This document shows, one piece after another, positions 14,126 to 28,200 of a stretch of 64,000 nt of DNA. The position numbers were made by a program, and so were the translations under genes. Under the pieces are notes generated by a model, which made no database searches, was not told the origin of the DNA, and saw only the letters and a program-made list of their open reading frames with translations. The DNA lies in the NCBI GenBank assembly GCA_051294905.1, contig CM119372.1, forward strand, positions 4,900,001-4,964,000, written 5' to 3'. Within the stretch, counting starts at the first letter, position 1. Every line of letters starts with the position of its first letter. The stretch is from Botryllus schlosseri. Its lineage: Eukaryota.

Positions 14126-16224
14126 ACTGTTATAGTCACACTTGTTACCGAGACCGTACAACAACATAAGGGCGTGCCGGGATCATTACCGGATATTGAG
14201 TATACTCCACGTGAACTTTCTTTGTGTATTTGCAACACTCCTTTGTCATTGGCAGCGTAAACACTCTCATTATTCATAACAGCCCTTGATTATTTCCAAT
14301 ATACGAGAACCACCAATGCTCATAAATTGTCTTATAAGTGTGATATGAATATGACTTAACGATGTACAATTATGCTCCCTGCATTTTCGAAGTCATAATC
14401 GTACACCAGCTATGCCTCTTACTTCGAACACTTGCTCGGAGAGAGGATCGAAATTTTATAGTAATATATGAAAGAACCAATATTATTGACAGAATTCATT
14501 CCCAAGATTTAACGACCAGATGCATGTAGTAAGCCCAGCCCTCTCCAGAAGTTGCATCGATAACCCTATGGTGGGCCCAAGATCAGTGTTTATTTGGGTG
14601 GGCGGGAGTTGGCTGAAAAAATGTCGTTTCGGTCCTGGTAAATAAATTGAATTGGTTACAACACACAACCACATAAATGCATCGAACTAACATTATAGTA
14701 GGGCTGTCAAAGGCGCGACCAGCCAGTGAATAAATCTGTTACAGACCGAATGAAAATACAGTACAGCAGCAATATCCAGAGATCACATTAGAGACGGCCC
14801 AATTCAGGACCTATGTTCCACTCCTGTTCATACCTCATTTTACCTCATACCCATCAAAGAAATAAAAATATGGTAACACTAATATATACTCTGTCCGTCC
14901 CCAAACTACCCTGATGCTCGTCAGTAACTGGGATATACCGCTGCTACGTCGCCGAACAGTTGGTTGCTAATGCTGCTGTGATATATTTCGTCATTCGCAA
15001 TATGCCTATGACAGTAAAGTCACGTTCATGCACTGCACTGCAGAAAATGCAAGTCGCATGATACTTTCAACATTTGCTGCAATCAAACGTAAGTATAATA
15101 TGTAGGTTGGAGAATCATGACGTGCAAACGATGTATGTTCATGTTCAACTGGAATGGACACTTCTAGTATCAATTTTTGGGGGTGTTTCAAGAGTTGTAC
15201 AACTATAAAATTGTCAGCATTTCCAAATTAGATTAGAAAAAGAATTCTAGCTACACAGTTTTTTCCTGATTACATTTGAATCACTGAATTCACAAAAACA
15301 TGCAAATCGAATTAAATTCCGAATTGGGAGGAATTACAACAGAACCCAAGTTCGGTTCGTGTCTAATCAGAGTTCATTCCCATAAGCATAAGAACTATGC
15401 TCGACTCGACCATGCATGTACAATTGTACACCGTGCTCGACTCGCTTCGCACTGTATAGTTATCCTGAAGCATTTTCAGAAAAAGCAGAAATCAGATTAG
15501 AATTAGATTACCGACATTTCGCTCTATTTAAATAATTAGAATTATCTAGTTGCGCAAGTATTGGTGCTCCAAAGTTTAACCGCCAGATGTCGCTGTTGCT
15601 CCCATTACGAATTCATCGGAGGTTGCCCTACGAGTTCGATTACTCGCCCCGGGCAAACTTCTACGTAGATTGTAAATATTTCAACTGTAGCAGTTACTAC
15701 TGTGCTTGCTTAATAAAATAGATATCGCCTTTAAAATCGAATGATAAAGTGAAGCTTCCAGTTTTCAAGAGTAGGATGGGGTAAAGATCAACTGCTTTAT
15801 GAGATACTATAGCGGGTAATGTTATGAAATTCTAGCATTAAAAATATATGCGATGGTTTCTTTCCTGTTGCATAATTGTAGAAAAGACCGTATTTATTAG
15901 TTTGTTCGCAAAACTGAGAGAAAACTTCCTTATTTTCGTGTAGATTTGCCCTATCGTCGAAAAATAGCACGCTCTGCTCCGTTATTACGGAGTGTTATGC
16001 TTAGTGATTAGGCTCTGGTCTCATTAATTACGTTTCTTGTGTTGTAATTTGCCGACCAGCGCTAGTCGAGAGAAAAGCCGCAGGCGAACGAGCCAGAGGC
16101 AGACCGGATGAATATGTCAACAACCGAATTAATTCGGCACAGATTTTCCAATTTGCAGATTTAGAATATATCGTGCTATCGGAATTGATGTCTGTGAAAG
16201 GCGGTTGGTAAAAAAGCAGTCAGA

Positions 16225-19200
16225 ATGGTAGCGGTGCCGAGTATATCGGTGCAGATTTGCCTTATAGTATCCTTGCTGCAAGTGGATATGTCGAGACGTA
16301 AGTTTAATTTTCTTGTTTTATGAAAATAATTTCATTCATTCGTTCAGTATAGCATACGAAATTCTGCGATCCCACAACTCATTTACAGAAGCAAGAGTGA
16401 TACATAAATTAGGGAAGAGCAAATCACATCCGTAATTTACAATGCTAAAAGAAGGCGTTAAATGTCAATAATATGTCACGACTGCCTTGTGGTTCAACCA
16501 TGTCTATTACTTACGATTCAAGAATCTAGAGATGAGGATGATATTAATTGCGGCGAAAACCCTCGTGCCTGAAAACAGCCAGGGACGATAACAGATATAG
16601 GCCTGCGTTAAATCAACTGATGTTTTTCCAGCATTACGATTCGCTATTACTTCAATCAATTGCACGGCAACGGAAAATACAATCACCCTGCGTTGGGATG
16701 CAACACCAATTAGTAGAAATTTCGACTTTACGAAAGAAGTGGCAACGAATAAGAAAGGAGAAGTAATCAAAAATTTGCAAAAATAATATTTCCACATACA
16801 CTATTCTCAAATGGGCCTCTCGCACAGGTCTACCCCGTATTCGGATACATTGTGAGCTGGTTTAACGTTCGGTATTCGGTGGTAACAGACAATTCCGCGA
16901 AGATATTCAAGGTGAGATGAAATGAAAGAGCAGTTTATGATACACATATTTATAATCGGCATCAATTTAGAACATACTGGGCATTGATGATCCGATGGTC
17001 AGAGGGTTGGAGGTGCAAAATGTATTGTGGAAGGTGTACGAAAATAACGAAAACGACATGGAAGCAATTGGCAGTGCATCAGGTAACCTATAATCAGAGG
17101 TGGTTAAAGTAGTCAAGAAAGCTACTCAAGTAGAAGTAGAAGTAGCGACGAAAAAAATCTACTCAAGTACAAGTAGAAGTACTTATTTAATAAGCAACCT
17201 AAAACTTCTTGAAGTAGAAGTAGAATTGACTGACTTTAAATAAGTAAGTAGTTGTGAGAACGATCGTAATTCGTTCGCATGGACTCTGGACTGTCAAAAG
17301 CTGCAAATGGAGCTATGCGGAAGGTGTAGAGAGCTTCATTCACATTGATGCGTGCCAGGAGGTGTCAATATTTGACAGAATAAGCAGTCGTCCACATCAT
17401 GGGATGTAAATGATAGCATTGATTTGGAAACGCAATACTATTTATTTATTTACTCGAACACCCCGTTTTTTAGAGAGTATCGTGTCATCGCGCCCACCCC
17501 CATCTTATAGGGCCCCTAGCTCAGTCGAAGAGCAATAAGGAGAAGTTGTGTCGGATACGGCTTTAACAGTTTGCGCGATTAGTATACGGCAGATCGTAAA
17601 AATTCCATATAGTGTATAGCTTTACTTTCGGAAAATATAAGGCATTACTACACTTGCTTTTATACTTCAACATAACATGTATGTTTTCCAGACAATAGAA
17701 CTGAAACTATAATTAGAACTGAACGTATAATACTCGTAGTTGAAAGAAAAATACAAATACTACTTCTAAAAAGCGGAAAATATATTTCATGTCTTTTGTC
17801 CAGGAAGTTTCAACGGTAGTCTGCTAAAACAGGTCTAACGTTAAAAAAGTCAAAGTCCACCTTTCCATGTCATGGACTACTAGGTATAATATTTTATTGC
17901 TAGATTGCGAAATGATAGTTTAAACGTTATGGGGGGCCATACTTACTGCGTTGAAATATTTGGTATAGGCGACAATACGGTGTGGGCGTAACCACGCAAC
18001 CCGGTATCTAAATTATATTCAGCGATACTTTCTTTAAAACATATTTGTCACTCCATATCTACTGTGCGCGAAGTGCAACGATAATTTTCGGTTCATGACT
18101 TTTATGAAAATTAATGTTGGTATCAAGTGAAAACGACCCCCAAATTCCTTAGGCTATATTTCTTATTGGATGATTAAACTACTTCTACTTGACAAACTGA
18201 AATAGCGAAAAGTAAGTAAGTAGATCACAAATATTACGAAGTAGAAGTAGAAGTAGTGAAAAAAGATCTACTTGAGTAAGTACCGGAAGTAGAGGAAAAC
18301 TACTTGAGTACTTCGAAAAAGTAGAAGTACTTCGCTACTGACCACCTCTGTCTATAATAGTAGGGTACGTTGCAGTTATCGTGTATCACGTCAAAAGTTG
18401 CAAGCTAAGATACCTTTAATCATATTACGCACCACGTTTCTTAAATAATAACTGATTCATATTTCACCAGAGTATATTTCATCGTTCGAGTATCGCGCAT
18501 TACGGCCACAAGCAAATAAATACAAGCTATCCAAGTTGCCGTACGGGGACGAATATTTTTTTGAAGTAAGAGGGCTGCCATCAGAATTCGCCACTGACGC
18601 GGAGATAATAAAGCAGAATGTTACATGCTCCGTTACGACGGAAGAAGGAGGTATGCAACTGTCTTTCACAATACTCTACATTCGGTGCAGTGCAGTCCTA
18701 TATTCAGCTCCGGACAAACCGGAAGACTTCAGAGTGGTGCCAAAAAATAAACAAGATATGGCAGTCTCGTGGAAAAAGCCGTACAAGACCAAGGGAGATA
18801 TTAAAGCCTACATTATACAATATCAAATGCTAGGAGCCAAAAGCTTGGAGAAGGTATATAGTTCGTTGAAACTCTTATTTCATATTATTAGCCTACTATC
18901 CGATAAGAACATTATAAACTTGAATTAGCTCCATTTCAAAAATAACTATGTATTGCTAACAATTAATAATTATGGTGTCGTAATTGTCATTCAAGTGTCT
19001 TTTTAAAACTACATATGTAGGTAAAACCGATTCTGCTCCGAGCTGACGCTTTTTGAAATTTATCGTAATTTAAAATGTTTTCCTTTACGAATTAGGGTAT
19101 TGCGGTTTGGTTTCACGAAGTCTTGAGTCATCAGTATGCAAACTATGCATAGATACTTTCAACAGAGACTTTTAAATAATATTTGCTCTTACACTGAGTA

Positions 19201-22200
19201 CACTGGAATGCAGGATGTGGAACCTTTGTTGCGAACGGACCTGATATACAGTATCTGTCATATATTATTATAAAGATTTAAACCGCGGGACGCACGTTTA
19301 TACAACGCAGCCTTTTAGTAGTTGCAAACAGAAAAAAAGATTCGACTCAAGATCGATAACTCGACTGCCAATTCATTATGTACATGTCACGAAATCGTGC
19401 AAATTACGATTAGAATCGAATGAATTCGGTCGAATTGTCCTTCAAGAAATGTCAAATTCTACCCTACGCCAACATACCCAAAGGTTAAGACCCGCTTGTA
19501 TGGTGGCATATATATACGTAGAATCTTCCATTCATTTAGGTCGAGGTAAGCGCGAGATCCAGAAATATCATCATAAAAGGACTCGAAGCGTATCGCGTAT
19601 ATAACTTTCGAATGGTCGCGAAGAATGCCAAAACGGTCGGTGCTTACACACCCTGGAAGAAAGTGCGTTTGCGTGAGTACCTTACGTTCACGAGTATAAA
19701 TCGGATGGCAGTCGGATTGAATGGTGTATCGAACAGAATCGCGGGAATTCGTGGCAAAGCTCCGGTTTCCCCCGCGTTTCCACAGACAGAATCCTAACGC
19801 GCCGCGATTCGAGGATCAATCGAAATTTCTGAATTTCCTAGACTCTTCGGTGAGTACAGGTTCGATTCAGGCAAAAGAGCACTATAAGTTGCTTTCATTT
19901 TTAACCAGCTGCGGCAAACTCTCTCCGGTACATCGTACAAATATTTGGGATTTCAAAAAACTTCGATGCAAAATGTAACGGTAAACGGCAAAGAAGAATT
20001 TGAGGTATAATATTACCTTATTACGCCACTTTTTGTATCGTCCTGAATTTATCAACGGGGTAATCTGTAACGAACTTTATCAGGCAAAACTGCTTGGAGT
20101 GTCAAGTATTCACTTAGGTGTTGTACTGAGTATACCGCTATGGAAAATAGCTCAGACACTTTCAATCAATCCAGTACCCATGTCACAGAAACTTGAAATT
20201 TGTAAATTGTAAATTGCTTATGGAGGTTTGTTTAACCAAACTAGAGACATCCCGACTTCCTATAGCCTAAGATACATGTACGGGTCGAGTTTTGCTTACT
20301 TTAATGGTTAGAACCAGGACCAAAATAGCACTTTGTCAGCCCCCTCCAAGCCACTGGTCCTGGGCCCCAAGCGGTATCTTTTTTGGGGGTCCTACCCCCT
20401 ACCACCCCGAACGTCTACGTATCATTTCATCAATACTTCTGAGCATACTTTAACAATATCCGTGACATATACACACAAATATATTCGACTATATATTTAT
20501 TTACGAAATAACTTGTGGCCCACTTCGAAGCTTGGTCCTCCTCCAAATGGTGGGGGCTGTTACGGTCCTAGATAGAACCATGGGCTACGCTTTAATACAT
20601 CGCAGCCTACTTATCCCTTTATGTATAAATATAAAAAGTCCATAAAATATGTGAGTAAAAACTGTTGAACATCTTTCTCCTTCTTCATTGCCAATATAAT
20701 TGAATTGGCAATATGGACTTATTTTACATGGTACAGTATATTATTGTAGCCTATGTATTTGCTATTAGATTAAAGCACCGGTTTCTGTAGATTTTAGGAA
20801 ACATTTACTTCGGAAAGAACGGTCTCGCACAAGCGGATTCACTCAGACTGTATCTACGTAATGCCTTCACGTCGCCCCCCTTAACACCAGTAAAACTCTT
20901 CACGTTGAGAGGTAAAATCGTGTATTCACCCTCATGAAACAAAGTGACAAGGTGACAACACATATGCAATATTTCAGAGGTTAACTTCTGCCAATTTCCA
21001 AGAACGAGAGTGTGTCACAAAGACGCATCGTGCAAGTCGGAACACGGCGTTTTCACGTGCAAGTGCAAAGAAAACATGATCGACGATGGGCGTAGTATAA
21101 ACAAGCTACCCGGCATTGACTGTATTCCAAACACAGGTGAATACGTGTTTTACGTATTATATGTTTGTACATATCTTACAGGTTTAATTTACTCTCATAA
21201 GGATTTATTCCATATATTTCCATATTTGCACGTGTGATCGCATGCTTAGCTGCTGCTAATCCACACGGGACTGGAACAAATACTCATTACTGGGCTGGGA
21301 TGCTACATCCACATACTGGGTCTGATGCTACAACGAATCAATCTAATAAATTTCCTGCATTAGTTACGCTCTAGTGATATCTGTGACATGCGATTGTTGT
21401 GTTGCTCATAAACGCCAACATTCAGGTTCACCAGTCGATCTCATGGCCGAAGCAATGAACCCGTCGTCCATATATTTGGCATGGGGACCGCCCGCCTCCA
21501 CGGTTGGTGATATAATACACTACGATATCCAAATAAAAACGATGGTGGACGGCATCATGCAAGAGAGCGAGGCTCAAGCTAACCCGTAGGTTTACAATTA
21601 GAACGAACGTAGTAACAGTCTAAAATACAACATATGCATTTGGTAAAAGAGGCGGGTTCTTCACCGAGTATGAGTTCACGGATCTACCACCATTTGGATT
21701 GCATAAGATCCGAGTCAGAGCAGTTACAAACACGGCTAATGGCGAATGGACGGACTGGATTGACATGAGATCAGGTAATAGTTATTTTTATTATCGTTTC
21801 TACCTATAATCATATGTGCGCGGGGAATTCAAATTCTAAGAATTATGATGGCATTACTGTCAGCAAGCTGATTTCAATTCATATACGAGGTATAATCCTA
21901 GTTTATGATTGAAGCACATACTGTCGCCGGCGGCTGTTCATAGTAGAGTTGATCTTTTAAATGATATTTGTCACCGCGCGATACTTGTCGATCTCGTTGA
22001 TCAAGGTCGTATATGTATGCTGTTTAGCTAAATAGGTACAGAATGGAAAAGCACCCGTGAAACGTTATCAAATCAGTACCATATGTATCTCAAGGTTTAA
22101 ACCGACTTCAGTGGTAAGCAATGATCGTATACGTTTCTAAGTCACATACGCCTGATGGTATCGACAGACCGCAGAATGAGGATTAAGTCTTGTTTACAGA

Positions 22201-25200
22201 AACTAACATTTTCAACCTGGTTTTCGACTTCACCTCCACCGACCCGATAACAAATTACCAAGACATGAGGAAAAGCGTGCACGAGCAAATCAAAAACGCG
22301 GTAAGATCATCAGCCCCAGACGTCTCCATAGTTTTTTCTAAATTCTTCCTCACGATAACACTTCTCGAATTGATAATTATAGTCTAATATTAATTAGAAG
22401 CACCAACGCTCAGGTCCGCTCAAAATCTTACCATATTATTCAGGTCGTGGAGGCGATGCGCTACAACAACGCAATCGACTTCCGCGATTATGTAATCCTA
22501 AATTCTGACGTCGCAGGACAGAACGTCGTCCGGGTGACGGCTGCGCTGTTTTTGGGCAAGGATTGTGAGTAGAAATCGTTCAAGTCGCTTTTGCGGACTG
22601 AAAAGCAAGTTAAAAATCTGTGTGACAGGGCAAGACGGGTCTGTACTCATCGAGACGACTATAACAGATGAATTCAAAGAAAGCGTCCAGATTCCTACTG
22701 GCGCTATCGCAAAGGATTCTATCAAAGTTTCAGGTCTCGTAAGCGATCTGTGTGAACTAGAATGGCGCTCCGCCGTAAGCAGAAAAAGCGATATTCACAA
22801 ATGCGATCTCATCGTCTAAGAAAACATGGTGAAATTCTTCGGAAATCCAAATCCAAGCACGCCTTAACCTTAAGCATGTCAATTTTGACCTTTGGTCTTT
22901 TTAACCGAATTATCTCACCCATCTCAGTCAACATTTTGGACTTGATTCATTGCTTGTTTTAGCGTACTGTGAAATCTATACTAATCCGTAAATGACATGC
23001 ACGATGTGATTGGCAAATTTTGTCGAACCTATATGCGAATTGTGATCGGAATGATTTGTCCATTTCGCCTGTACGTATGTGCGTGTTACCGCTCGAAGCG
23101 AGCGCGACCCTATAATTCCGATGCCTCCTGTTATCTCCCATTAGTATCTACCTCACCACCAAGAGTACCGCTTGGAGGAATACGGAAATATACGACGAAT
23201 ACTGTATGGATTCCTAACGCCTTATTGTTGGGAACACGGGTGATATTTTTAGACTTCGCCGAATGTGGCACGCAGTACCAGGATTGTGGCGGCAATATAT
23301 GCAAAAACACGCTGGGTTCATTCACGTGCGAATGCCCACACGGACACGTTGATGTGAGTGAAGACTACGGGAGACTACCGGGACGGAAATGCATCAGTGA
23401 GTACAGCCAGGATTTGACGGAGAGTGCTGATTTCTCAGCTTACCAATATTTTTGATTGTACAGTATTCGACGCACCGGGCTCGTTCCTGTTAGCAGTACT
23501 AGACCCGAAGACCGTGCGTGTCAGTTTTACAATACCGCATCAGCTTCGAAACGAATTATACAAATTTTGGTTCAAGATCCAATACAAAAGAAAAGGCGGC
23601 GTGCAAGTTAGAGGTGACAATATTCTGCATCGCATTGTCCTGTACACGCATAATCGCATATTCCCTCGGCAATGCTGCACTTGAAACATATGGGAATTTC
23701 CTGTGGGTGGACGGAACCGACAATTGAGACATCACTTATCCATAGTCTTTGAAGAGGCTCGCAATCCTGCTAGGTGATTCAATAACACCGAGATCGGTTA
23801 CCTTTCCATAATCGCTCGTTTCATTGTTAATGCCGCTTATCTGTAGTTTCACATTGCTTTCGCGACAATTGGGTTCCGACAAAACCTACCACAATTCCTT
23901 AATCTTAGGACTTTGATAAGTAATTGCACTCAACACTTGACTTCCTCAATACGAAATTGTCAAACGTACATAATGCATTCGTATTTTAATAATTACCCCC
24001 TCAGGATTCATCGGTACTAATTAAAGTTGTTGCCATAATTTGGTATATGTATTTACGATTAATTTATATACAAATGCGTGAAGAGCTTGCTGGAGGTACA
24101 AAGGACGATCACGACGTGTCACAATTGTTGATATACAATGTTCTCTCCAATTCTCTTGGAGTTGCTGACAATTACCCCTGACGAGTGTCAGCCGAAAATA
24201 TTCGGGTTATTTTCAATATGAATATACTACTCAATTATATACAAATGCCTACCACATTTGTTGCCTGTAAAACTCTGGCATATCATGATTACATGTATTA
24301 TAATATATGAGATACTGTAACGACAAATAAATCCATTCCTGAAATTCGCAGAAACCATGGTTGAGGTGGATTCTGGGAATTTCACAGAAGAGGGATACAT
24401 CGTAACCAAAGCCGTCACACATTTGCGGATGAATAGTGTATTTCTATTCCGAGCAGCGGCGGAAAACAAAAATGCAGTTGGGAGATATTCTACGTGGGTG
24501 GAGGCAAAAATTTGTAAGTTCTATATTTCAGCATTCTGAATCACGCAAATATATGTATTTCATGTATTAGTGCACTTATGGGTGTTCACTGTTCGTGTTT
24601 TTATTTTACGTCGCAGCCGCTAATATTTATGAAGCCAAGATGAATTTTACGGAGCTGTTATACAGAAAGATGTTCAGGCTACCCAGATCGGAAATCTACC
24701 TCAAAACGTCCGAAGGGGTTCGCAAGTTTGTAAGAACATGCACCACGAAACCGCGGTTTTCACCACTAACCCTGACATTTTATACAGCTCAACAGAATCA
24801 TGGCTCCAAGAATGTCGCAGTACAAGAATTCCGGAGAAATTAAGCTGATCCCTGGAATCAAGGGAAGAACATTTGCGTAAGTGTAGCGGGAGCGCGAACA
24901 ACAATTTTTTCAAGCGAATAATTCTCTTTTGTTGCAATTTTAGGATCGTGCAAATGTTTTTCGATGCGTCCTCCTACGTTGATCCGAAGCAAGTTTCGGA
25001 CATGTTCAAATACAACGATATCACAGATAACCCCTACGGTTTAGACTTCACGAGCGTGGAGCTGCGAGGTAGGTGTACTGTTCCGAGAGCGTGTTAAATA
25101 TATTGATACTTCATAATGAGTCTATATGCTTTAACTACACGAAATATATTGTCATCGACCTTAGGATATTAAGTATTGCGGGTTTAATTTGTCTAATCAT

Positions 25201-28200
25201 CGATATAGAACGGGAATTTATATTACAGTTGACCTAGACGAGTGCTATATATGCACTGTATAGACATATTTATCATGCATTTTTGTATTTTCAATTTAGC
25301 CAAAAGCTATAGTTCAGAAGTTCTTAACGTTCGATCCCCTTTCAATACTGTTCATGGTCTGGCGTTACCATATTTGAAGGAGCACAGGCCCGGTTATACT
25401 TTTCGGGTACGAACATGATTATATAGATAATATTTCGGGATCGCTTCCCGCAGAATAACCAAGTAGTCTAATTTACGATTCGAAATCGTGTGTACTATTT
25501 TCGGGGTCAAATCACCCTGCAATAGCAAACCTCGGACCGGCATAAACCTATAATCCGGTTCGAGCCAATTGTACGTACACAGTTCGATACCACGTCTGCT
25601 ATTGGCGATAAAGTAAAGTTGAATTAAGTTTTGTTTTTTTGCTTTTTTACAATTCGTGAACGAACTGAAAATGCGGATTTTACTTGAATTCCAAACAAAG
25701 CAACCCGTACTCATATTATCTAACGTATATGTATGGTTGTGAATCCCAACACTGACTTCTTTTTAATGATATGATAAAGGAACTACTAATTACATTTGTA
25801 ACTCTCAAATACAGGGATATTTAGTTTATCATTTTTACCAGAAATACACAAAAGGCGTTCACTCTGATATTCGGTAGGACTAAATTCGCAAGTTTAAACA
25901 CACGCAGTGTCCTAGTTCGGAAAAAAATCGTCCAGTGTAATGAATCTCTGTTGAGCGACTGCGCGATCCACATGTACGTGCATAAATGAATTACAATAAT
26001 TATAATGAACGCTGTAACATAGTCTTTATATACATTGCTACGCTGTTATACGCAATCTTTCTTCATCGCCCCTCATCGTCACTGAGTGTTTCCGGCCCCT
26101 TAGAAATCATGCCATACGTATAAGTGAGAGATTAATAAAGTCAGGTGAATGTAAAACGTCATGCACACATCTTCATTCATTCGTCTTGATCTATCAATCG
26201 CTACACTCACGGAGATGAATCGAATTGAAGATGTATCAATACGCAATTCTGTAGGTCACGTCACGTATCGGCTGATCGGCTGAAATATAATTGGCCAATT
26301 AATTAACGTTCTGACGCGTAGTAAATCTATTTTATATCATTATATAACAGCAATATTATACGTAAGTCTGTAGCGAGTGCTTCATTTTTAGATTTATGAC
26401 TTTGAGTCAGGGTTGCTTGTTGCTTCACGTCTACAAATGTCTGTTTATAAATACGCTCGACCGTATTTATAAGGGGAAGATTGTTAATGCGTTACATTTC
26501 ATCCAAAATCAAACGTAAAGTCTACATAAATACATATTACAACATTTCATCAACTGAAGCTACCCGCACATTATGACTCATACCTGTCGTTCGGACAAAT
26601 TAGATTATGCCGATTTTAAATGCTGGTTTTGAGAGGTATATATAAAATGGACGTTCTCACGGTGTCAAAACGTGCAACGCTTGAAGTCAGCGTGGCGCCA
26701 GAAAATTCGTTGTCATATACGTCGTTTCAAAGAGCCGTAAGCAACACAAGAACCATCTGCTTGAAATCTGGCCACAAATTGTAGCATTGTTGATAAATCC
26801 TTAAAATTCTGAGACCGGACGCCGCTGTTATTGACTTATTACAAAGAACCAATTAATTTTCTGCCTCCTCATTCAACACAGTCTGGATGAGAGAGTACGC
26901 CATAGCGGAATATGGAAACCACATTTTTGCAGACTGCAACAATACATAATTAGATACTTTTTCTCCGAGGTTGTACATCCACTTATACAGACTTTCTAAC
27001 TTTCATGTTTGATAGGTCGCAACTGTGGAGAAATATAGAACAGAAATGGAACAGATATAGATATTTTTATTAATTATGGTGGATGATTACGGATTATATT
27101 GTGGAAGCCCGATAATAAATTAGGATTGCGAAGCTACAAACAATTCATGTATTTGCACAATTCAAATATGGATACTTAATTATATGAATGTCATAGATTT
27201 CGACGAATGTAATTCAACATGGTCCGACTGCTCTCTCGATGGAAACTGCACCAATACCGCGCCAGGATATACATGCACGTGTAGAGAGGGCTACGTAGAC
27301 AAAGGCATTGACACTGGATTACTGGCGGGCAGAGTATGCATTTCCCCATGTAAGAATTCTATCTAATCCACACAGCGTGATCACAAAGTTCTGTGAATCT
27401 TACGTGTTTCGACAGTTGCGAGGACAACGCGAAAGCCTGTCACTACTCGCCCGACCGGATTCGCGCAGAGTCGACAGCAAAGGACTCAAACTCAGAAAAC
27501 CGCTCCCACCACCCCTCAAACTACCACGCCCGCAGTGACCACCACGACCACGACCACGCCTTTACCAACTGCTGCAGTAAAGTTGGAAGCGATCGCCATT
27601 GCCAGAACTAAGATCAGAACTACGTGGAAGCGGTACAATAAGAATGCGGCGAATCTGAATGATTTGATATACATCATACAATACTCAATAAAAGGTGAGA
27701 AGTTATTCAGTCTATCACGGATAACAGGCATATACTGCCCTTCACGAATGCCCATTGCCCTATCAGCAATCGTACATAACAGTAATGGCTTTGGAGAAAA
27801 AATGCGCAATTTTCCAGAAGAACAATTCATGGAGAAACCTTGACCGGGCTATATTGGAAGATAAATTGAATATATACCAGAAACATTCCTGGTACTTCTA
27901 AAAATTTTCGGACGTGCGACGCGGCAAAATCTTCTATTCGGAATTGGTTTATAACGGTCGAAATTCATGAAAAACGCTGAAAACAATTCAATTCCCTAAA
28001 TCCCGTATAAAATCCAAATACTAGTTTAGTATAAGAAATAGTGTCGTTCGAAATGGTGAGATTATCGTACAATGCCGTATCTAACCTAACCTCATATACA
28101 AATTTTGTAAGTCTACTTCAGGGATTTCTATGAGATATCTGTGGTATATCTATGGGATATATATCCTGGTCTACTTTAACCATATGAACTTCCTTTATAA

